DNA of 64,000 bases from assembly GCA_000002445.1 (NCBI GenBank), contig CH464491.1:2816001-2880000 (forward strand), given 5' to 3'. This document shows positions 43,744-54,500 of this stretch, in pieces (the first letter of the stretch is position 1; each line of letters begins with the position of its first letter). The notes under the pieces were generated by a model. It was given only the letters and a program-made list of their open reading frames with translations, was not told the DNA's origin and ran no database searches. This DNA is from Trypanosoma brucei. Lineage: Eukaryota. The position numbers and the translations under genes were made by a program.

Positions 43744-44595
43744 ATGTCAACCACCTGCACCAAGAATGAGCCTCGTGGCTTCCACCATGACCCATATGGC
43801 ACGCCCCTGCTTGATCAAGGGAGCGAGGAGCGCAAGAATAACGCCGCCCTGAACTTCTTCACGGCTGCCACCTACGCTGACGAGCACCAAAAGCAGGAAC
43901 AATACTCTTTAACAAACTTTGACACGTTAAGTTCTGTTGATCAGATGACTTCTACAGAAGGTGAAGGTGGCATATCCGATAACGGAACGGTGGAATCCAG
44001 CGGACCGTTTGTGGTGACACCAGTCCCTCAACCTACTTCTACAGTCGCCCTTGCCATGGCGTCATCAACTGTTATTGCTGCAGCCGCCTCAGTGGTTCGT
44101 TACGCCTCTGTCGACTTTCGCTTCGGTAGCGCATGGTTTGTGGCGCCGTTCCGTACTTCCGTTGGTGAGATCGTTGTGGTAGAGTATCCACATAACGGCA
44201 GTCTCCATGTTGGACTCGTAAGTTGCATCACAACGACGATCCCACCGACCTTCACAACACTGCGAGCAGCAGAGCAAGCGGGCCTTATGCCTACCGAAGA
44301 GGATCTCATGCAATACCCCCGTCTGGTGCGCCATGCTCGTGAATTCGACCGCCACACAAAGTTGGAGTTACGCACGCATGATCTCGCTTCACTCAGGTCT
44401 GCGCGCGAACTGGCTGAGGAAATGGGAGCACCCATCACATTTATCGATGCTGAGTGGCTGTTGGATCTGACAGCCGTAACGTTCCTGGTGCAGGTATGGG
44501 GCAACATGGAGCAAGTGGATCGCCTAGCTGATGAACTTGCCGCGCGCGAAGGAGCGGAGGTTGTGTTTACTTATCCTGCAGTGAGGTATGAGTAG
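43744..44595 (+). CDS. hypothetical protein with PSP1 C-terminal-like region
   Basis: The ATG at 43744 was chosen because the ORF-track N-terminus from 43369 translates low-complexity intergenic sequence. The C-terminal block 'EIVVVEYPHNGSLHVGLV...ITFIDAEWLLDLTAVTFLVQVWGNMEQVDRLADEL' weakly resembles the PSP1-C domain. Confidence 0.4.
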   Translation: MSTTCTKNEPRGFHHDPYGTPLLDQGSEERKNNAALNFFTAATYADEHQKQEQYSLTNFDTLSSVDQMTSTEGEGGISDNGTVESSGPFVVTPVPQPTSTVALAMASSTVIAAAASVVRYASVDFRFGSAWFVAPFRTSVGEIVVVEYPHNGSLHVGLVSCITTTIPPTFTTLRAAEQAGLMPTEEDLMQYPRLVRHAREFDRHTKLELRTHDLASLRSARELAEEMGAPITFIDAEWLLDLTAVTFLVQVWGNMEQVDRLADELAAREGAEVVFTYPAVRYE

Positions 44596-46204
44596 AAGCG
44601 GCAATCGTTGCATCCACATATTTTTCTCTTTGTTAGGTGTAGGTTGTTTCACTGTTGCTGTTGGTGTTGGTGTTGGTGTTGGTGTCTCTTCCTCCCTTCT
44701 TCGCAGTGATGGCTGTCCGATAATTTCCGCTCTCATTACTGTAAAGAAGTGGGTTTCTGCATCTGCATATATATATATATATATAAAAGGGCGGCAGAAA
44801 GAGCTAAGCGGAAAGGCATCACATACCTTTCTTTAAGGGGGGAGGGGGCTCACGCGAATGTTGGCAAGCAGGAGATACGTGTGAAAAAGAGCACACAGCT
44901 ACGTTTATACATGTATATTTATATAAATATGTGTTGCTTACATGCACAAAAGTGTACGGATTGAATTGCAGGAATAGCCGCGAAGGTAGGATTTAGGTGC
45001 GCGCCGGCCTCTAGAAACGGGAATTAGAGACGTTTCTTTTTTTTTTCAGTGAACAACGGTAAGGAACACGAATAAGATGCTCGCACGATGCGTGTGTGCT
45101 CGTGCGTCTAAATGCGTATGTATGCATATTTAACTGTGTAGCGTCGAAAGGAATGAAGAAAAAGGTAACGTGGGGCGAAGGTAAGAAAGTAATAATACCA
45201 CACTTTTATTCTTCCTCGATTTTGATGTCGTTGGTGTGCTTTGTTTGTTTGTTTGTCTTTTTTTTTTCTGTTGTTTGTTTGTTTTCCCATCTTAACTTTC
45301 TGACTTCACCAAATGGGGCCCACGTACGCTCCGCGACCAGACTTTCTTTTTTTTTTCTTTAGAGTTCGTTTAGGGCAGCGGTGGCGCCTCTTCATTTTTT
45401 TTTCTCCTCTTGTATTATTATTTTCCTTTTGTTTTCCTTGTCTGTGTGTTTTGTTTTTGTTTTATCTTTTTGGATTCATTCACTTGTTTCTCATTTCAGT
45501 TGTGCTTTGGTGGCGCCCACATCCACTGCAGGACGAGATGAGATGAATCATTAAAGTGAAAATGGTGAGGATTCGAGGAAAGGAGTTATAATAATAATAA
45601 TAATTGTTGTTATTATTATATTCCCAATGTTATTATTAATATTATTATTATTATTGTCATAATTATTATTGATGTTGTTTCCGGTTCAGGAAAAGGTAGC
45701 AATGAAAGGGATGTGAAAGAATGGTAGTAGAAGAGTGCTTCAGCTTGTTTTGTTTTGTTTTCTTTTCTTTTCTTTTTTTTTTTTGCTGTTTGCTCTCAAT
45801 ATATAATAGAGAGGGGAGGGGAGGGAAAAAAAAAAGAGGTAAAGAGGGAGGAACAACGAAAGAAAAAGGAATAACAAAATAAGGTGAGCAATTAATGAAC
45901 CACGGAATGAAGCAAAAAATAAAAAAACAAAGAAGTGAAAAGTGAAAAGGAAAGAAAAAGAAAAAATGACGTTCACGAAATTATTTACTCCATTGAGTGG
46001 GTCACATGATATATAAATGGATAAATGAAAAAGAGAGAAGTAAGGCGTAGCGATCAGCACATGCCTTCGTAGAGGTGCTGTGTTATATTAATTTATTCCC
46101 GCACAGCTCCACACAAGAACGGAGAGAAAAATGAAAAGAAAGGAAGTAGATAATAAAGAGGAAAAAGAAAATATTAATTTTGTGGTAAAAATAAATAAAT
46201 AAAT

Positions 46205-46207
<3 letters not shown>

Positions 46208-46246
<39 letters not shown>
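46208..46246. repeat. (TA)n microsatellite
   Basis: About 19 TA units inside the long ORF-free region. Confidence 0.95.
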
Positions 46247-46250
<4 letters not shown>

Positions 46251-46636
46251 TATAATTAAATAGAGGTGGGATCGGGGGGAAGAACAAAATGAATAAATTC
46301 CCAAAACATTTTCTTTTATTTACAATACTGCACTGCACAAATTTACAAAAATTATATATGTATTGATGTATATTTAATTATTCGCATCTGCAAGCAAAAA
46401 AAAAAATCACAATAAAGTGAAGAAGAAGAAGAAAAGTGGGCCAGGAAAAAAAGAAAAAGAAAAGAAAAGAAGGGTGGGAGAAACTGATGCCCATTTATTG
46501 TTGGAAATGTAGAAAGTAGAAAAGGACAAAGAAAAAAAAAAGGTAATATACATGTGTTTATATTTATATATGTCTTTAGGTACATTTTCTTTTCGCCCAC
46601 TTGTGTTCTTCCTTTCTTTCTTTATTTGCTGTGTTA

Positions 46637-46658
46637 TGTGTGTGTGTGTGTGTGTGTG
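46637..46658. repeat. (GT)n microsatellite
   Basis: GT run followed by (TTG)n. Confidence 0.9.
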
Positions 46659-46920
46659 ATTGTTGTGTTGTTGTTTGTTGTTGTTGTTTTTCCGGTTTCA
46701 CACTTATGCGTTTCCTGTCCCCTCCACTCAGTCCCTTTTTTTTCTGTGCGGTAACAAAAAAAAAAGAATAATGATTAAATAGTAAACAAATACAAAAAAG
46801 AAAAAAAAAGAAAGAAACTTACAATTGAGCAAAGACAAAAAAAACAAAAAATGGGGGATGCCAGTGAAAGGAGGTGGAAACTGAGAAATGAAACGAAAAA
46901 GAATTTGTTTTTTTTTTCAA

Positions 46921-46949
46921 TAACTAACTAATTAATTAATTAATTAATT
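46921..46949. repeat. (TTAA/TAAC)n simple repeat
   Basis: 'taactaactaattaattaattaattaatt'. Confidence 0.9.
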
Positions 46950-48009
46950 TTTTTTATTTGCTTTCGTGTAATAACGGAAGAGAAAGGAAACAAACAAAAA
47001 AAGAATGAGTTAATCAATCAATCACACACACATGCACACACATACACGCGGAAAAAGGGAAAGAAAGAGGGGGGAAAATGTGGAAATAATAATAATTTGT
47101 GATGATGACGACAATTACTATTGTTTATTACTAAAATCAACAACAACACGATGAACTAATGGATGAATGAATGGATGAATGAATGAAAAAGGAAAAAGAA
47201 AATGAAGGCGTGAGGAAAACACGTAACGGACAGAAATGTAATCGGAACCCACGAGTGAAGGTTTTGGGAAAGGAAAAAAAAATGAAAAAAATAAATAAAT
47301 TAGCACAAAAGGGGGGAAACGGAGATCACAAAAAAACTTATCATTTCTGTTTTTTTGTCATGTCACCAAAACACGAAGCGTGAGGAAATATTAACTCCTC
47401 TTTTTTTTCCCCCCTCCACCCCTTTTCTCTTTTGTGCATATGTGTTATATTATTTATTAATTCATTTACTGTTCCTCCTCTTCCTGTTTTATTCTACACA
47501 TTGTGCTCGTCCGTGTGTACTCTCGTCAACAGCTCACATCCACCATTTTCATCACCAGCCGGTTTCCTTTTTTTTTTTCCTTATCCCTTCGGTTCTTTTT
47601 GCTTGGTTTTATCTTTATTCCATTTTTTTTGTTTTGTTTTGTTTTCTTTTAGAGCAGCTCACCTGGACGCGTCTTCCAGTTTTCATTTATTCCTTTTAAA
47701 TCCCTTCGCCTTTTTTTTTGCTCGATTTTGTCCGTACTGAATTGAACTAGATTTTGCATTAATCCGTTGCTAAGATGAAAAAACAAAACAAAACGAAATA
47801 AGGAAGTGGATGTGATAGGGGAAAGGGGGAAAGGGGATCCAACGAGACGCGCATGGCAGCCGTAAACACAATTGAAGGGAGGTTGAATGGATAATAAATA
47901 ATAATAAAAAAAAGAAAGGAAGAAAGGAAGGAAGGAAAGGAAGTGCAAGTATAAGTGAGTGGGTGGGGAGAGGAAGGGAAAAAGAAAAAGAAAAAGGAAC
48001 AGTGAGGAT

Positions 48010-48024
<15 letters not shown>

Positions 48025-48042
<18 letters not shown>

Positions 48043-48079
48043 TGTGCGTGCGTGCGTGTGTGTGTGTGTGTGTGTGTGT
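48025..48079. repeat. compound (TA)n-(GTGC)n-(GT)n microsatellite
   Basis: 'atatatatatatatatatgtgcgtgcgtgcgtgtgtgtgtgtgtgtgtgtgt'. Confidence 0.95.
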
Positions 48080-49893
48080 TTGCGTAATAAACGCATGTCT
48101 CACCCAATTCGTTTCTTTTTTCTTTTTTTATATCCTTTTCTTACAATCTACGCGTAACACATGCCAAGGTGTTCATATACTCATTCATGTATTTACTCTT
48201 ATTTATATTGATTCGTTTATATGACCCACTCCAGCACTCCTTTCATCCTTTGAGTTTAACACGCTGCTCTTTGGAGTTCACCCTTTCTCTCTCCCCCCCC
48301 CCTCCCCCTCCCACACACTCACACACACCTTCTTTTTTTTTTAAATTTGCGTGTGTGGTTTCCTTTTATTTTCCTATATATATAAATAAATAATATCTTT
48401 GTTGACAATAACAGTCGGTGGGGTAGGTTTCCCGTTTTGTTCGGTATGAGAGGCGCCGCTGTAATGTCTGTTGCGCATTCTCTTTCTTTCTCTCTCATTT
48501 GCTCTCGCAACCACCAGGCTTTGTCGTCATTGTTGTATTTTTAGTTTAGTTTAGTTCTACGACGCTTTTTTTTTTCTGGTTTTTGTTTCATTACTGCACT
48601 CTGATATGTGTGCATTCGTATATGCGTGTAATGTTCGATACCGGACGCTGTTGATTTAAAGTGTATTTGTTATTTTTTTTTCTTTTAAAAAACCTGTAAT
48701 GTTCCTGGCACTTCCCGCATCCTAATGCCCTAACCCTGCCAATGATAGAATGTTGGCGGCAAGGTGTAGGGGAATGAAGAAATAAAGAAAAGGGAGAAGA
48801 AGAAGGAAAAGAAAAGAAAAGGAAAAGGAATAGAGGTCTACGGGGAAGGGAAAACACTCATATGTATATAAATAAACACAAACGAATATATTCATATTTA
48901 TTTACATGAAGGTGTATAGAGAGGGCTTTGGTCTGATCATTTGGAAGAAATGAATGAAAAGACGTTTTGAGAGGTATCCTTCTCCCTTTTCTTTTTTCGT
49001 TTAATTTCTTCTTCATAATTCTGTCGGCGTTCTCTCCTTCTCTTTTTTTCCGGTTCCTAACGCAGATACGCGCCATAATGAAACTGAATTAGCATCGGCT
49101 GCACATAAGGAACAACGGTGAAAGGAGGCGAGTAAGAATGAGTGAATGAGAAAGCAGAATGGAGGCGTTGTCACGCGGATCTGTGTAGACCTCATTCTTT
49201 CCTTTCTTTTGTTTTGTGTTTGTTTGTTGTTGGTGATGATGTGGTGACGTTCTGCTCCCTTTCGTTTGTTTCATCACCTGTTTTTGTCACGGTCACTTTC
49301 TCTCTCTTTTTTTTTTGCTTTTGGAAGACACCACCGCCAAATCACGCCGCAAATATGGCAGTTTTGTATCGAAAACACCCGGGCGCGAGAGAATGTAGAA
49401 CCCCTTCCCCACAGTAGGAATGAATTTGCAATATGTGGAAGAAGAAAATTTTCCTCGAAAGAGGAAGAGATATTGAGTAAAAGAATGCAGAGAGAAGGAG
49501 AGATAGAGGGAGAAAAGCGAAAAAGAAAAAGAAAAGGGCAGCTTCAGCCGGTCAATAACACTTTCGCACACCGCCACAAACCCACAAGCGCAGCACATAC
49601 ACGTGGCTTCAAGTATGTATAGGAAATGCGTGTGACGCTATTTTACAGTTGAAGCCCCGGGTGAGCGGCGGGGGAGGTATTTTCATCCTCTCCCTCTGCT
49701 GTTTTCTTTTTCATTTTTTCCTGTTATCTTTGCTTGTGCTTTACTATTTATAAACCCTCTATTACTTGACTCACCACCTATACTTCTACAGCAGTTGCCT
49801 CTGTTGTTGCCGTCGGTGGGCCCGCATACAGAAGAAACGCACTCGCCAACCGCAGTGTCAATCTCCTCACCATCTGTTGTTTGCCTTCCAGGC

Positions 49894-49927
<34 letters not shown>
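49894..49927. repeat. compound (TA)n-(GT)n microsatellite
   Basis: 'atatatatatatatatatatgtgtgtgtgtgtgt', about 150 nt upstream of the J-domain gene. Confidence 0.95.
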
Positions 49928-50078
49928 ATCAATACCCGTACGCATGTGCATTTGTGCACCGTTTAGATGTTACCTTTACCTCATTCCTTTTACTTCTGTT
50001 GGGTTGCCTTGCCTCATCCTCACTCTTTAGCGGGGCGGCTACTGAAGCAGAGGGTACCGTAGTACATATCATAGCCGA

Positions 50079-51068
50079 ATGTTTCGTTTCAACCAAACCC
50101 TCCGTGCAGCACTGGCAACGCCAAAGGATATCGCAGCTGCTCTCCGTGTACTAGGATTGGACACCAACAGCGCGAATATCAGTAGCGAGGCAGTAAGAGC
50201 ACAGTATCTGAGACTTGCGCGGCTCCATCACCCAGATATCAGCAGTGGTGATGATCAGAAGATGAAGATTATCAACACAGCGTATGAGATGCTTCAGAGC
50301 AGCGGCGCTTTAAACCCAAAGGCCGCCAGTACGTCAGGTACGGCGGATGAAGACAAGGAAACAAAACCAGGCGACACTGTAGAAAATGCAAATGGTGGTC
50401 GGTTCTCCCCTAAGGCTGGACGACGACGGCGAAGGGTGCCGGATGATTTTGCGGACGGTGACAGGTGGGACATGAAGTCGACGCTCGAGTGGCGTGCTAT
50501 GACAATGATGGGAGCCGGGTCCGTGAGCGAGGAGGAGCTCCGCAACCCCGCAAATCACCCGTTCAGCCACAGTAAATTTTTTTCGTTCGAGGAGGACGTA
50601 ACGATCTACCGTATGATACGCGGCGGCGCGACGATACGCCAAGTGGCTCGTACACTAGGGAAGGCCCCAACATTTGTGGAGCGGCGCCTGCAGAACGCGC
50701 AGTTCAAACAGCGGGTGCAATATGTCATGCGGCATGAGAAGCGTCAAGGGCTGAAGGAGCGAGCTTCGGGGACGGGGGCGAACTCTGGTGGCTTTAACAT
50801 GACAGAGCGGCTGTTTGGGACAACTACCGGCGGGAACAGCCGCGGGCGGGAAGGTCACCGGAAGAAGGAGTGGGAACCAACCGCTCTCGATGGTGAGGTT
50901 CCTGCTCACTTCGCGGATATGAGTCTCGAGGAGAAGGGCCTCCACGCCCGACTAATGCAAGAGGAAAGGCGGCAGCAGCAACTTCCCTCCTGGGGCGTAG
51001 TGGCGTCGAAGGTGGGAAGGTCGTATTCAAATTACGCGCGATTCACTGGGAATTACAAAAAGACGTGA
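50079..51068 (+). CDS. J-domain (DnaJ) protein with SANT/Myb-like helix-turn-helix region
   Basis: J-domain region 'AVRAQYLRLARLHHPDISSGDDQKMKIINTAYEMLQ', with the HPD motif. 'FSFEEDVTIYRMIRGGATIRQVARTLGKAPTFVERRL' resembles a SANT/Myb repeat. Confidence 0.6.
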   Translation: MFRFNQTLRAALATPKDIAAALRVLGLDTNSANISSEAVRAQYLRLARLHHPDISSGDDQKMKIINTAYEMLQSSGALNPKAASTSGTADEDKETKPGDTVENANGGRFSPKAGRRRRRVPDDFADGDRWDMKSTLEWRAMTMMGAGSVSEEELRNPANHPFSHSKFFSFEEDVTIYRMIRGGATIRQVARTLGKAPTFVERRLQNAQFKQRVQYVMRHEKRQGLKERASGTGANSGGFNMTERLFGTTTGGNSRGREGHRKKEWEPTALDGEVPAHFADMSLEEKGLHARLMQEERRQQQLPSWGVVASKVGRSYSNYARFTGNYKKT

Positions 51069-51558
51069 CACAAAAGTAGTCGGTGTCACAGTGGCATTTC
51101 TCTCTTTATTTCGATGCTTTTAAACCAGCGTCCAGGGCAAGCAGCAGGAACGGCCTTAACAACACAATTCAGGGCTATCCCTAACCCCTCTCGTCTTACT
51201 CCATAATTGTTGCATGTTAGGTTTTATGTTGTTCCTTCCAACGCGTACTTGTACAAGTTTGCCCAGTTTTCTGAGTACTCTTATCACTTTCCCCTACTTA
51301 TTCTTGGATCCCTTAAACTTCGCATTTTCTGCGCCCGTTACGGACGTTCAAAGAAAAAAATAGTGTGTTCCCGGGTGTAGCAAGAGCGACGACAACCGAG
51401 GGGCCAGCGGGGGAGCTCTATTTAGGCTGCAGCACTTTGGATTTCCTCTCTGTTCCAGCTTCCTTTGACTAACTGTGCTTGTCCAGGCAGGGCGGTGTGC
51501 CCTGTTTGTTCGGTATAGACACAGGCAGTAGAATTCGGGTATAGATAATAACGACAAA

Positions 51559-54500
51559 ATGAGTGCACAGTTCAAAAAAGAAAATATTAAAGGGGAGGAA
51601 GGGGAGGGAAGGAAGGGAAAACCATTGCACAAGATGGCTCCCGGTGGCTGCGATGCGATCTTGCAGGAGGCGCTATTGTTGGGTTCATATGCTGATTTCT
51701 GGAAACTTGCCACCGGTTATACAAAGGCGCTATGCAATGTATACGTCGCCCCAAACCCCTATCCAACTCCTGGTGGAGGAAATGCAGCCGATGGACACAA
51801 CCCGAACTCAGCTACCCAAAATATGGTAAAAGTGACGACGACGGTACCTTGTAGCCTTAGGACCTTTGCCACGTTCATCACAGCGCCACGAAGCGTGCGA
51901 TACTGCGAGGACAACGTCATGTTTTGCGATATCATTGAAAGAGATAACAAGACAAAGTTGTTTCACACCGCATACGCAGGCGATCCTCCATGTGATGTGG
52001 TTGCCGTGCATATAACGGCGGCGTACAAAGTGCCGGAGAACACCACCGAAAACAATCCCTTGTGCAAGTTTGTGGCAAGCCTTCGTGACGATAAACGCCG
52101 GGGCCACGTGCCACAACCCTCGTCAACGATATTCGTTTACGCTATGAAGAGTGCTGAGCACCCCAAGACACCTCCTTCGCCGCCGTACGTGCGTATGCGC
52201 TTTCACTTATCTGCCTTTATCGCCTATGAAATACCAGGGCCACTCGTTCGAGTGGTGTTCGTTCACGCACCAGGAGATCGTACTCCAAAGATGGTTGACC
52301 GGTGCATAACAAAAATGGTCTGTGTGCGGAACTTATGCCAAATGCTTGAGTGGCTTAACACAGGTGGCCCTCTCACGGAACCTGTCATCTGGGAGAATCA
52401 GCGGCCACAAGAAACGCCAAATGCACACTCCGTTGGGGCCGAAAACACACGCGAGCCCAATCCTCTCGTTGAGGAGCCATCAGATGTAGTGTTACAAGGG
52501 GACAACCCATCCTCTGCTCCAGGCCGTGTATTTCAAACATTGTTTGCCCTGCATGCTTCAGCCGCGTGGCGTTTGGTCCTTCAACATGAAGGATGCACGG
52601 TGGAGGAATGCGAAGCACGATGTTGCTTTCCTGCACCGGCTTTTCTAAAGGCTTACCGTTTCGCGACAACTATCGCATGTTCTCTGGATATTTTCCGCCG
52701 ATTAGTGAGCGACCCGATGCAGTTGCACAGGTACGACCCGAGTGTAGAGAAAGTAGAGCTCCTCCACTCACAAAAGGGTGAGGATACCGTTCACATACAT
52801 TTCAAGCAACTGTCTCATTCTGCTCCCAAGCAGGATGCCTGCATTCTAACATCTAACGCACTCTTGCAACCCGACGAGGCACACCGATGGCGTTTATACC
52901 AGCTGACAGACAACATAAATGTTGTTTACGTGCAGAATGGTATTCAAAGCACTGAAATTCCTGCTGCTGGCGCGTGCGACCGACAGGTAGTGTATGCAAT
53001 GGGATACGTCGCCATCCCATCAGTGAAGCGACAACCCACGGGAGCTGGGGATGGCAATGAAGGCAGTGAGGCGCTGCGGGTCTACCATGTCGTCTGCGTG
53101 GACAACAACACTGCTTCATTCGCGGATAAGCAGCTTGTGACTATTCGTCAGCATTTTTTCCGCCTTACTGGAATACGAAATTTGTGCGATGAAGCGAAGA
53201 GCAAACCTCCTACCTGTTCTTTACCTCCTCACACAACTCGGGATGTTAATGATTTCTTCGAGAGCGGTACGTTAGCAGGATTTACAGAGGTGGAAACGCT
53301 TGAAGACGCCTCCCTTGAAAGAACAAGCAGCACGAATAATGTACGTAGACAGCTCGATTTAGTCGATGGGATGGAAGGCTACACCAGCCACGCGACTGCG
53401 CATGTGGACACCATGATGAACTCTTCTTCATTGGAGAAGCTTCACCAGTTTCTCTTGCACTTTGCACCCCATTATTGTATAGAGCACAAACAAAGTGAGC
53501 TCGACAACAAACTTGTTCCAGCAGCTGCTGCACTGCAACCCTCACCATTCACCGAGCAACAGCAAATATCCCCTTCAGTTTGGCAAGCACACGCGCCAAC
53601 ACCCGATCAGCAGAAACAGGAAGTGCAAACTGCTCAACTGGTGCAGCGTGGAAAAGTAAGTGCACCTCCAGCTATTCAGCAGAGTGGAGGAAAGGCAGCT
53701 TTGACATGGGACACCAGTGTGGAAGAGGTAGTGCCTGACAAGCAGAAACAGGAAGTGCAAACTGCTCAACTGGTGCAGCGTGGAAAAGTAAGTGCACCTC
53801 CAGCTATTCAGCAGATTGGAGGAAAGGCAGCTTTGACATGGGACACCAGTGTGGAAGAGGTAGTGCCTGACAAGCAGAAACAGGAAGTGCAAACTGCTCA
53901 ACTGGTGCAGCGTGGAAAAGTAAGTGCACCTCCAGCTATTCAGCAGATTGGAGGAAAGGCAGCTTTGACATGGGACACCAGTGTGGAAGAGGTAGTGCCT
54001 GACAAGCAGAAACAGGAAGTGCAAACTGCTCAACTGGTGCAATGTGGAAAAGTAAGTGCACCTCCAGCTATTCAGCAGATTGGAGGAAAGGCAGCTTTGA
54101 CATGGGACACCAGTGTGGAAGAGGTAGTGCCTGACAAGCAGAAACAGGAAGTGCAAACTGCTCAACTGGTGCAACGTGGAAAAGTAAGTGCACCTCCAGC
54201 TATTCAGCAGAGTGGAGGAAAGGCAGCTTTGACATGGGACACCAGTGTGGAAGAGGTAGTGCCTGACAAGCAGAAACAGGAAGTGCAAACTGCTCAACTG
54301 GTGCAACGTGGAAAAGTAAGTGCACCTCCAGCTATTCAGCAGAGTGGAGGAAAGGCAGCTTTGACATGGGACACCAGTGTGGAAGAGGTAGTGCCTGACA
54401 AGCAGAAACAGGAAGTGCAAACTGCTCAACTGGTGCAACGTGGAAAAGTAAGTGCACCTCCAGCTATTCAGCAGATTGGAGGAAAGGCAGCTTTGACATG

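Noticed and set aside
47355-47740. Plus-strand ORFs of 114 aa and 102 aa in the 5.4-kb ORF-free region, and similar 60–150-aa ORFs at 45740..49622
   Set aside because: They translate poly-pyrimidine or poly-purine simple sequence (Phe, Leu and Ser runs). They are artefacts of low-complexity DNA.
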